From IMG/VR virus record IMGVR_UViG_3300009184_000029, positions 158,830 through 222,829 of that record: a stretch of 64,000 nt of DNA. One strand, written 5' to 3'. The first letter of the stretch is position 1. Every line of letters starts with the position of its first letter. Made by a program: the position numbers and the translations under genes. This document shows positions 51,091 through 59,093 of this stretch, piece after piece. The notes beneath the pieces are model-generated. The model was not told the DNA's origin, ran no database searches, and saw only the letters and a program-made list of their open reading frames with translations.

Positions 51091-51676
51091 AATTAAAAAA
51101 TGGGGTAAATTAAAACCGTATTCTAAAAGTAAGATAAAACGACAAATAGTTTTATGTTCTACTTTAAGACCGGCAAACTATTATCTACAATCTTTAAAGT
51201 ATCGACATAATGGAGAATACAATAAAGTTCCGAATTATGTTATCACAAGGGATGGTGATATTCTAAATGTATTACCTGATTTATCATATCGTAAATTTTT
51301 TGACGATGATGATGTAAATAAAAATTCAATAATTATAAGTTTAGAAAATTTAGGTTGGTTAAGACAATTACCTTTAAAAATATTTTATACTAATTGGATT
51401 GGAGATATTTATAAAGAGAATGTTTTTGAAAAAAAGTGGAGAGAAAAAGATTTTTGGCAACCTTTTACGGATAAACAAATTGAGAGTCTTTCAAAATTAT
51501 GTGACCACCTTTTTAAAAAATACTCAATAAAAAATAAATTTATAGGACATAATACCAAAGTAGACGGTATCAAAATATTTGAAGGAGTTGTCTGTAAAAG
51601 TAATTTTGATACAAAATACACCGATGTAAGTCCGGCTTTTGATTTTGACTTTTTAAAAAAAATTGAAAATGAATAA
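51083..51676 (+). CDS. N-acetylmuramoyl-L-alanine amidase-like (Amidase_2 fold), catalytic residues apparently altered
   Basis: IVLCST, NYVITRDG, NSIIISLEN, FTDKQIESL..L, FIGHN, DVSPAFD. Confidence 0.7.
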   Translation: MIEIKKWGKLKPYSKSKIKRQIVLCSTLRPANYYLQSLKYRHNGEYNKVPNYVITRDGDILNVLPDLSYRKFFDDDDVNKNSIIISLENLGWLRQLPLKIFYTNWIGDIYKENVFEKKWREKDFWQPFTDKQIESLSKLCDHLFKKYSIKNKFIGHNTKVDGIKIFEGVVCKSNFDTKYTDVSPAFDFDFLKKIENE

Positions 51677-52298
51677 TAGTTACGATGAAATAAAAAACCT
51701 ACTTAAAAAAAGTAGAATGATTGCTCAGTCAAAATACCCTTCAATTAATGAAGGTGTTAATGATATAAAGAAGAAATATCTTATAACTGAGGATGATGGT
51801 ATTATTGATGGTGAATCAGATGTTCAAAATTATGAAGTTGCTAAAAGTATTGAGGGAGAGATTAGGAATGATGACCCAAAAAGAGACGAAGAACAACAAG
51901 GTTATAGAATCTCAGGTGGTATTTTAGTAATTCATGCTACAGATAAAACTGATTTAGAATTAACTACTGACGAAAAAAAATCATTTCAAGAGACTATGGA
52001 TGAATTTGTTGAAGAAGTTTCTGACTTGGTTAATTTTGGGCCTTTAAACATATATTCAAATAATGTTGATTGGTCAGGTAAAATAGTTGATTTAGATATT
52101 GAATTTTTCTATACAATCGGAGAATCTAACGGTATATATATGACAGGTGAGATGTTAAAGATAGATGATAACTTTACCGAAACTATTGAAAAATTACAAA
52201 GTTATTATGAGAAGTTTAAGTCAAAGTGGGCTAAAATTTTGGCGTCAAGAAAGAAAACTAATGAAAAAAAAATAGGTAAAGATGAATCTGAAAGATAA
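51663..52298 (+). CDS. Acidic hypothetical protein, possible internal head protein
   Basis: YDEIKNLL, INEG, LITE motifs; start probably ATG 51669. Confidence 0.6.
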   Translation: MKMNNSYDEIKNLLKKSRMIAQSKYPSINEGVNDIKKKYLITEDDGIIDGESDVQNYEVAKSIEGEIRNDDPKRDEEQQGYRISGGILVIHATDKTDLELTTDEKKSFQETMDEFVEEVSDLVNFGPLNIYSNNVDWSGKIVDLDIEFFYTIGESNGIYMTGEMLKIDDNFTETIEKLQSYYEKFKSKWAKILASRKKTNEKKIGKDESER

Positions 52299-53067
52299 AT
52301 TTATTGCAACATTAGATAGAGCGTTTGGGTCTAATTATGATAAATTAGGACCTAATAGTTTTTTCACAAAGGAAAAAATTAAAAATGCGGTTAATACTGA
52401 AACTAATAAATTCCCAACCTTAAAGTCTGAGTCTAAGAAAAAAGAAACTAAAGAAACTACCTCAAGTGGGTCAAGTGGAGGATTTGTACCTTCTTTACAG
52501 TTTAAAGAAAACAAACAAGTTAAAAAATTAACAGAAGCTGAAAGAACCGCAATGGCGAAGTTAAGAGACTTGTCAAAAAAATATGCTTGTAAAGGTTCTA
52601 AAGATTGTACGGATAAAGATAAGATTGAAGACACTTATGAAGATTTAAAGAAACAATATGCAATTGGTCTTAAAGTTGAGAAAGAGCATAAATCAGGTGA
52701 CCCAAAACAAATTGTCATTGACCATTTATCAGAAGACCCAAACTATTACAGTAAATTAAAAAAGATGGAGTTTAAAGAGATGACATCTTCGGCTTCATCA
52801 GGACAATACACAGGGGCAGCATTTTTAGCAAAATCACAAAGTAAAGAAGACTGGAAACCATCGCAGAAAAAACAATGGAAGGGTGGACAATTTGTTAAAG
52901 TTAAAGATAAATGTAATAAATTCCCATATTGTAATCAGGGAATTGGAGCTTTAGAGTTTTTTGAGAATGAAAATATTAAAGAATCTGTTAAAAACTTATC
53001 AAGACAGTATGGATTATCTAAAGAAACAATTATAAAAATACTATCTGAATCTCTTAAACTTAAATAA
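52282..53067 (+). CDS. DUF5661-like domain protein, possible internal head protein
   Basis: GLKVEKEH...IVIDHLSEDPNYYSKLKKME; duplicated E.TSS.SSG.(F/Y) motif. Confidence 0.6.
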   Translation: MNLKDKFIATLDRAFGSNYDKLGPNSFFTKEKIKNAVNTETNKFPTLKSESKKKETKETTSSGSSGGFVPSLQFKENKQVKKLTEAERTAMAKLRDLSKKYACKGSKDCTDKDKIEDTYEDLKKQYAIGLKVEKEHKSGDPKQIVIDHLSEDPNYYSKLKKMEFKEMTSSASSGQYTGAAFLAKSQSKEDWKPSQKKQWKGGQFVKVKDKCNKFPYCNQGIGALEFFENENIKESVKNLSRQYGLSKETIIKILSESLKLK

Positions 53068-53072
53068 CGATA

Positions 53073-53080
53073 TATTTATA
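53073..53080 (+). promoter_or_regulatory. Putative late promoter TATTTATA
   Basis: In the 28-nt gap before ATG 53096. Confidence 0.5.
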
Positions 53081-53095
53081 TAAAAATAAATTGAC

Positions 53096-54445
53096 ATGAA
53101 ATCAAGAAAAATTAATTTAGATAAATTATCTAAAAGGATTAGTGAAGAGATTCGTAAAGAAGAAAATAAAGAATCATTGACTAATAGACAAAAAAAGTCT
53201 TTAGATAAGAATAATAATAATAGAATTGACTCGGAAGATTTTAAAATTCTAAGAAAACAAAAATCTGAAAAAAAACAAGTTGAAGAAGATATGGACTTTA
53301 TAATTGATTTAACTTCAGATGGAGATGAATTTGAATATGATGAGTATGATGATTTCACAGGAGATGAATCAGGTTCAATGAAATGTAGACATTGTAACGG
53401 AACAGGATATGATGAGTTTGAAGATACTGAATGTGAATGGTGTGGAGGAAATGGTGATGATGGTAATATGTATGATATTAATAGTGAAGATGAAATTGAT
53501 GAACCATTTGTTATCCCTGTTGATGAATCTGAAAAAAAATGGATTCAAAGAGCAATTAAGAAACCTGGTTCATTAAAAAGACAACTTCATGTTGATAAAG
53601 ATGAGAAAATCCCAACTTCAAAATTAAAAGGAATTAAATCCCAATTAAGTAAAAGAGCTGAAGGAGATAGAAAATTAACTAAACCAGAATTAACTAAATT
53701 GAGAAGAACTAATTTAGCATTAACATTAGGTCAAATGGACGAGTCAATTACTTATCGTGTTTACGATAAAGATGGTGAGTATTTTGAAATTAACGAAAGT
53801 GAGATGGTTAATGTTATTGAGGATATGGTACTTGAAGCAAAGGCTAAAGGTTTAGAAATGTATGACAAAGTACATAAACAAGATAAGAAATTAAATAAAG
53901 ACGGTGTTGAAGCGTCTATGAAGAAAATTGCCGATTATGTTAAACCAACATCTAAAGGTGAGAAATTTACAGGTGACCCAAAACATTTTCCAAAAGGAAA
54001 TGGACAGTTAGCAAAAATGGCGAAAAAGGCGTATACACCTTCTAAGGCTGTTGAAGAATATATTGAAAACATTGCTTACGCTCCAACTAACTTAGAATTA
54101 GAATATGATGAAATAGAACCAAACCAAGATTGGATTGAAGCTAATGTTGTAGGTTCATCTAAAACAGGAAATGGTGATTACGCAAATTCTGAAAAAACTG
54201 ATTTAGGGAAGAAGATAATGAAGAGAATGAAAGACAATATATACAATAAAGAGAAAAACATGTCTTACAATAGATACCCGACACCAACATATGATGTTGC
54301 AGGTGAACGTCAAAAAGGTGGTAAGTTGAGTGGGATGATGAAATCTCTTAAAAAAGAAAACACTATTATTGAATCAGATAAGTTAGTTACAGAAGAATTA
54401 AAAAAGATATTTGATTTAATGTCTTACAAGAAAAATACTCAATAA
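53096..54445 (+). CDS. Mosaic charged protein (EF-hand-like loop, CxxCxGxG zinc finger, basic module), possible prohead core/internal protein
   Basis: LDKNNNNRIDSEDF; CRHCNGTG/CEWCGGNG; KKWIQRAIKKPGSL..KIP. Confidence 0.6.
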   Translation: MKSRKINLDKLSKRISEEIRKEENKESLTNRQKKSLDKNNNNRIDSEDFKILRKQKSEKKQVEEDMDFIIDLTSDGDEFEYDEYDDFTGDESGSMKCRHCNGTGYDEFEDTECEWCGGNGDDGNMYDINSEDEIDEPFVIPVDESEKKWIQRAIKKPGSLKRQLHVDKDEKIPTSKLKGIKSQLSKRAEGDRKLTKPELTKLRRTNLALTLGQMDESITYRVYDKDGEYFEINESEMVNVIEDMVLEAKAKGLEMYDKVHKQDKKLNKDGVEASMKKIADYVKPTSKGEKFTGDPKHFPKGNGQLAKMAKKAYTPSKAVEEYIENIAYAPTNLELEYDEIEPNQDWIEANVVGSSKTGNGDYANSEKTDLGKKIMKRMKDNIYNKEKNMSYNRYPTPTYDVAGERQKGGKLSGMMKSLKKENTIIESDKLVTEELKKIFDLMSYKKNTQ

Positions 54446-54491
54446 TATTTATTTAAAACATATCTAAGTTATATTCTCCATATAGTTCTAT

Positions 54492-54962
54492 ATGGAGAAT
54501 TTTTTTAAATACATATCTCAACCGGCAACCAAAGAAGATATTGAAGATTGGTTAAGGGCTAATAATATTGTTATGGAAAGAGTTAATCTTTTCCATGATT
54601 TTATAATTTCTCTTAATGACATCGTAAATAAAACATATTTGGGAGGGGAAAATGATGAAAATGAAATTAAAATTCAAATGACTGAAAATGATATTAGAGG
54701 TCATTTTGATTGGTGTATTCTAAAAGTTATAAAGGATTTTAATAAAGAATCAATATACTTTAGACCTGAAGAAGATTATTTGGATTTTATGTTTTCATTT
54801 TATAAAGAAACTTTCTATAATCAGACACAAGATTTGGTTAGAAATTCTTTAGGTAAATTTTTCGATGATTTATTTAATTTAGAAAGTATGGTTACAAGGT
54901 CTGACTTAGACATGTTAATTACGATTTATCGTGGATTAAATAAAAATATGACTATTAGTTGA
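54492..54962 (+). CDS. Hypothetical protein (156 aa)
   Basis: Clean ORF. Confidence 0.7.
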   Translation: MENFFKYISQPATKEDIEDWLRANNIVMERVNLFHDFIISLNDIVNKTYLGGENDENEIKIQMTENDIRGHFDWCILKVIKDFNKESIYFRPEEDYLDFMFSFYKETFYNQTQDLVRNSLGKFFDDLFNLESMVTRSDLDMLITIYRGLNKNMTIS

Positions 54963-54986
54963 CAACCAAAATAAAACATATATTAT
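54959..54986 (+). promoter_or_regulatory. Putative promoter TTGACA-N16-TATTAT
   Basis: Upstream of the Hc1-like gene. Confidence 0.5.
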
Positions 54987-55013
54987 TAATAATAAAAATA
55001 AAAAAACAAAAAA

Positions 55014-55190
55014 ATGGAAACAGTTAGTAAAATCAAAGAACTTACCGAACAGTTAAGCATTGATTCTGAAAAGTTTTTCAAGGGAAATAATTCAGCAGGA
55101 ACTAGAGCTAGAAAAACAGCTCAAGATTTGAAATCATTGTTACAACAATTCAGAGGTGAAATTCTTGAATTCAGAAAAAAAGATGCATAA
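55014..55190 (+). CDS. Histone H1-like (Hc1 family, Bacteroidota 'histone H1') protein, 58 aa; missing from ORF track
   Basis: Hand translation METVSKIKELTEQLSIDSEKFFKGNNSAGTRARKTAQDLKSLLQQFRGEILEFRKKDA; KF..GN.SAGTRARK....LK......R signature; long A-rich leader. Confidence 0.85.
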   Translation: METVSKIKELTEQLSIDSEKFFKGNNSAGTRARKTAQDLKSLLQQFRGEILEFRKKDA

Positions 55191-55368
55191 TCCAATTGAA
55201 TTTTCACTTTTTTTCATTTTCATATCTTGTATTTTAGTAATAATACGGGATATATTCAGACTTACAAGTGCCCTATTATCTGAACAACCTAAAATGGTTC
55301 TAAGTAGTAGGGAACTTGTAATTCTTTGGTTTAGTATTTCCTTTTTCATAACCTATTTAATAAAATGA
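55183..55368 (+). CDS. Small two-TM membrane protein
   Basis: ATG 55183 overlaps the Hc1 stop; two hydrophobic segments. Confidence 0.6.
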   Translation: MHNPIEFSLFFIFISCILVIIRDIFRLTSALLSEQPKMVLSSRELVILWFSISFFITYLIK

Positions 55369-55787
55369 CTTTGTATACCACAATTGAACCTATTTTAGAT
55401 TTCCTAATTTCTATTAGAAAGATGGAAAATTTTTTGATTTTTGACATCAAAATACCCAAAAAATGGAGACTCCTTAAAAAATTTATAAAAGAGGAGAAAT
55501 TTTTAGATAACGGACTTATAGAAGATGACTATAGGTCAGTTTCATTTGTCTGTGAGATAAGTGAAAATGAGATTGAAGAAACTCAAAAGAACATTATTGG
55601 CATTATTAATTTTAATCTTGAACTTGAAGAAAAAGAATCTTTATTAGAGAATAAAATTTCTGAACTTAAAAATTTATTTGAAAAGGAAAACTTAAATAAT
55701 TTGAAAAAATTAGAGTTTAAGATGAAGACAATTAAAGAAAGTAAACCAACACAACCAAACCCTATTATAATCGATGAAGAATCTTGA
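55365..55787 (+). CDS. Hypothetical protein
   Basis: Overlapping operon member. Confidence 0.7.
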   Translation: MTLYTTIEPILDFLISIRKMENFLIFDIKIPKKWRLLKKFIKEEKFLDNGLIEDDYRSVSFVCEISENEIEETQKNIIGIINFNLELEEKESLLENKISELKNLFEKENLNNLKKLEFKMKTIKESKPTQPNPIIIDEES

Positions 55788-55959
55788 TAGAGAAATTGAA
55801 AATTACGAAAAATTCAACAAACAATTAGACACCCAACTTGAAAAAGATAAGTTGGACTTTGCTAGCATTTTAAAAAATGTAGATAAAGATAAGATTTTCA
55901 TCAAACCAAAGAAAGACCCATTATGGAAGAGAATAGTGAAATTATTAACGAAAAACTAA
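55774..55959 (+). CDS. Small hypothetical protein
   Basis: Overlapping operon member. Confidence 0.6.
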   Translation: MKNLDREIENYEKFNKQLDTQLEKDKLDFASILKNVDKDKIFIKPKKDPLWKRIVKLLTKN

Positions 55960-56174
55960 GTAAAATCGCTATGTTATCTGAGGGTGTAGCTCAGTTATTT
56001 GATGGTAAGACATCAACATTAGTAGTACTTAAAGAACCTGAGTTTAAACAATGGTGTAAAATTTTCTCAAAACTAAACGTTGATTCAAATATGTTTAAAG
56101 TGGACATATCTAACGTTGAATTTATTTTTGTCTTGGATGGGTCGTCGATTTCCGATATAAGTAATCCTTCTTAA
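55923..56174 (+). CDS. Small hypothetical protein
   Basis: Overlapping operon member. Confidence 0.55.
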   Translation: MEENSEIINEKLSKIAMLSEGVAQLFDGKTSTLVVLKEPEFKQWCKIFSKLNVDSNMFKVDISNVEFIFVLDGSSISDISNPS

Positions 56175-56745
56175 ACCCCTTTTCAACTAAAAGTGAGTAT
56201 ATATACTTACGATGAATTGTGTTAGTATCCTTAGACACAATACTCTTACCCACTAAATCTTTTTGTAATATGTCAATAATTCGACTGGAGTCGTATTCAT
56301 TCTTTAATGAAAAAATATTGATAACTGTTTGATTCTGAACGACTATTTTGTTATTTAATTTTGAAATTAAATAAACCTCACTATTTTTAAAATAGGTTTT
56401 AACTAAAGTATCATAAGATATTTTTCTTTTTGTTTGAAAATCAAATATTAGTTCTTCTTTATTATAATTTTTTATATTCTGAATATACTTGTCTCCAACT
56501 CTTGGGTTTATGTATATTGTTCTACCTAACTCGTCTTTGTAGAATATATTCTCGAGTATTACTTTGTCACCTATAATCCCTAAATTATACTCAATTTCAT
56601 AACCTGAATTAAATTCTTCTCTAAATTTGACTTTTTCTGAAATTTCTATAAGTTTATTAAAAAAGTCATTTGCTTTTTTTTCAGTTTTAAAAGTCTTTAA
56701 AACCTTTTTTTTCTTATTATTTTTAAATAAAATTATTTTAAACAT
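56122..56745 (-). CDS. Basic hypothetical protein (minus strand)
   Basis: ORF track 56122..56829; ATG 56745 (MFKIILFKN) avoids overlap with dnaJ. Confidence 0.65.
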   Translation of the reverse strand: MFKIILFKNNKKKKVLKTFKTEKKANDFFNKLIEISEKVKFREEFNSGYEIEYNLGIIGDKVILENIFYKDELGRTIYINPRVGDKYIQNIKNYNKEELIFDFQTKRKISYDTLVKTYFKNSEVYLISKLNNKIVVQNQTVINIFSLKNEYDSSRIIDILQKDLVGKSIVSKDTNTIHRKYIYSLLVEKGFKKDYLYRKSTTHPRQK

Positions 56746-56762
56746 ATAACAAAATATAACAC

Positions 56763-57683
56763 GTGGAAAATTATTATCAAGTTTTAGGGGTATCAGAAAA
56801 TGCAACTCAGGAAGAAATAAAGAAGGCATTTAAGGAAAAGTCTAAAATAACACATCCTGACAAAGGAGGTTCTGAAGAAGAATTCAAAAAAATTAATAAC
56901 GCATACTCAACATTGTCTGACCAAAATAAACGGAATGAATATGATATGAAACAAAAAAATCCTTTTGGGGGAGGTAACCCAAATGGGTTTAATCCATTCG
57001 ATGTATTCAACGATTTTTTCGGACAGAGACAAAGACCTCAAAGAAAAGTTAGAGATAGAATTATAAATCTTAGTATTGGTGTTTTAGATTGTTTAAGAGA
57101 GACTGAAAAAACAGTAAATTACCAAATAGAAAAAGATTGTAATAGTTGTAATGGTTCTGGAGGGGAAAGAGTTAATTGTGAACACTGTGGAGGGTCAGGA
57201 CATATTACACAACAAGTTGGCAACAGTTTCTTCAGTAACATAATTCAAACTCCATGTAACCAATGTGGGGGTAGAGGATTTAAACTAAAGAACCTGTGTT
57301 ATGTATGTAATGGGGTTGGTAAACAAAGAGAGTTTAAGACAACTAAATTCCAAATACCTAAAGATATACAGGATGGACAATTTATTAAATTATATGGTCA
57401 AGGAGACATCTCACAAGGACAGGCAGGGGACTTGTTAATTAAATTTGAAATGGCTCCACAAGATGGATTTGAAAGAATTAATAATGATTTAGTGTATAAT
57501 CATTTTTTCACGTCTATAGAAGATTTAAATAAGAGTGAAATTGTGGTTAATTCTTATAATGAGAAAATGAGTATTAAGTTGCCTAAAACTATAGATACCT
57601 CAGTACCATTAAGAGTTAAAAATAAAGGTATTTCAGGTGGGGATTTATTTATTAGAATGAACCTAAAGTTTGAAAGAACTTAG
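56763..57683 (+). CDS. dnaJ: DnaJ co-chaperone (class A)
   Basis: J-domain with HPD, G/F region, four CxxCxGxG repeats, C-terminal GDL motifs; GTG start. Confidence 0.93.
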   Translation: MENYYQVLGVSENATQEEIKKAFKEKSKITHPDKGGSEEEFKKINNAYSTLSDQNKRNEYDMKQKNPFGGGNPNGFNPFDVFNDFFGQRQRPQRKVRDRIINLSIGVLDCLRETEKTVNYQIEKDCNSCNGSGGERVNCEHCGGSGHITQQVGNSFFSNIIQTPCNQCGGRGFKLKNLCYVCNGVGKQREFKTTKFQIPKDIQDGQFIKLYGQGDISQGQAGDLLIKFEMAPQDGFERINNDLVYNHFFTSIEDLNKSEIVVNSYNEKMSIKLPKTIDTSVPLRVKNKGISGGDLFIRMNLKFERT

Positions 57684-57822
57684 ATAGTTTTTCATAAATA
57701 AAAGTTGCAAATATATACGACGTATATATAACAGATATTAAAGTATAAAGGACCAATAGGGTCCTTTTTTTTGGGATAAAGAAAAAATCTTTACAAGATT
57801 CACACTTAAAGTCTAACTTCAT
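57652..57822 (-). CDS. Small CxxC + transmembrane protein (56 aa), not in ORF track
   Basis: Hand translation MKLDFKCESCKDFFFIPKKRTLLVLYTLISVIYTSYIFATFIYEKLSKFFQTLGSF. Confidence 0.45.
   Translation of the reverse strand: MKLDFKCESCKDFFFIPKKRTLLVLYTLISVIYTSYIFATFIYEKLSKFFQTLGSF
57747..57772 (+). terminator. Rho-independent terminator after dnaJ
   Basis: AAAGGACC-aatag-GGTCCTTT with T8 run. Confidence 0.65.
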
Positions 57823-57886
57823 AAATTAATGCATTTGCCAATGTTGTTTTGCCAGCACCTGGCTGACCTGTAAACCAATAAATCAT
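57806..57886 (-). pseudogene. cysC: Truncated adenylylsulfate (APS) kinase N-terminus
   Basis: MIYWFTGQPGAGKTTLANALIYEVRL* carries the CysC-type W.TG..GAGKTT P-loop; ATGA-coupled to the sulfotransferase stop. Confidence 0.7.
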
Positions 57887-58707
57887 ATATTCTTTTGATA
57901 ATTAAAAATTTCGTAAAACCACTGATAATTGTTATAAATCCATTCAGTCACATCCGCACCCAAAACTTTATTCGCAGTTGATGGAGTTAATTCTAACGAC
58001 TTTCTAATTGTATGGTCACCAAACATTCCATAAACTTCATCATCTTCTTTAGTTACTTGTTCAATATTATCAAAGTCGTGATTAAAAAATGGAATACCCA
58101 AATATTCATATATCCTTGTCATTGTCATTTCAGGATATAAACATAAGTCTTCATATCGGATAAACAAAATTTTTTCATTTATTCCTTGTCTAAAAATTTC
58201 AGATAACCTCTCAATCGCCATTCCAACAGGTTGTGAGTTTGCCCAAATGTCAATTCTTTTTGGTGTTGATGTACCTTTCAGTTCGTTATGATTAACAATC
58301 CCAATATCTTTGTATTGATTTTTTCTAAAGTTCTTTTCCATTGAACAAAAGATATCACGTAAATCTCTAACCATACAAATGATTTTAGGTTCAGGAAATA
58401 TTTCATTTAAAAATCCATAATGAACTCCCCAACCTCTACTTTTATCCACAACATATTTTTTATCTGTAATTGTGTTGAAGAAACCTTCAACACCATTTTT
58501 ACAAAAAGACAAATAACCTTGTTTCATCAATTCAGTATCCTGAGCTTTAAATTCAGGTGATGTAGAATAGTTAGCCCTTGCAGCATAAATTAATTCCAAC
58601 ACACCACTTGTTGGTGTTGCATAAATGTCAGGATTTTGAGCCAATATGTTTTGTAACATTGTACTACCAGCTCTTGGTAATGAACTTTGAAAGAATAATT
58701 TTTCCAT
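57883..58707 (-). CDS. PAPS-dependent sulfotransferase
   Basis: 5'-PSB SLPRAGSTML, DKSRGW, 3'-PB MVRDLRDIFCS, RYEDL. Confidence 0.88.
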   Translation of the reverse strand: MEKLFFQSSLPRAGSTMLQNILAQNPDIYATPTSGVLELIYAARANYSTSPEFKAQDTELMKQGYLSFCKNGVEGFFNTITDKKYVVDKSRGWGVHYGFLNEIFPEPKIICMVRDLRDIFCSMEKNFRKNQYKDIGIVNHNELKGTSTPKRIDIWANSQPVGMAIERLSEIFRQGINEKILFIRYEDLCLYPEMTMTRIYEYLGIPFFNHDFDNIEQVTKEDDEVYGMFGDHTIRKSLELTPSTANKVLGADVTEWIYNNYQWFYEIFNYQKNI

Positions 58708-59093
58708 TATATAATTTTTTTAACACTTTTCCAATAATCGGGTCCTCCATACGACGTACAGATTTCTTCACCCGCTTCAATAATACGATTTGACACGAAA
58801 TAATAAAGAGCACTACTTGAGTCGCAAGTCCAAAACGCATTATTATTTTCACTATGATTATAGATACATCCATAACCCAATGGAATGGCATAATGTGTTG
58901 GTTTATGACCACATGGATATGCAAATCTATATTTTAAAAATATATCATAATCTTGACCTAAATTAATTTTGAAGAATATTGCATAACAAACTTCAATAAT
59001 TTCATTAGGTTCAATTCGTTCAATAGCAAAAACCCCCAATCCATGAATTGGGGATGCTTTAACTTCTATCTTTTTAGGTATTGGGACATTCAT
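58707..59093 (-). CDS. SET-domain protein (putative lysine methyltransferase)
   Basis: SPIHGLGVFA, IYNHS..NA, I..GEEICTSYG. Confidence 0.88.
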   Translation of the reverse strand: MNVPIPKKIEVKASPIHGLGVFAIERIEPNEIIEVCYAIFFKINLGQDYDIFLKYRFAYPCGHKPTHYAIPLGYGCIYNHSENNNAFWTCDSSSALYYFVSNRIIEAGEEICTSYGGPDYWKSVKKII

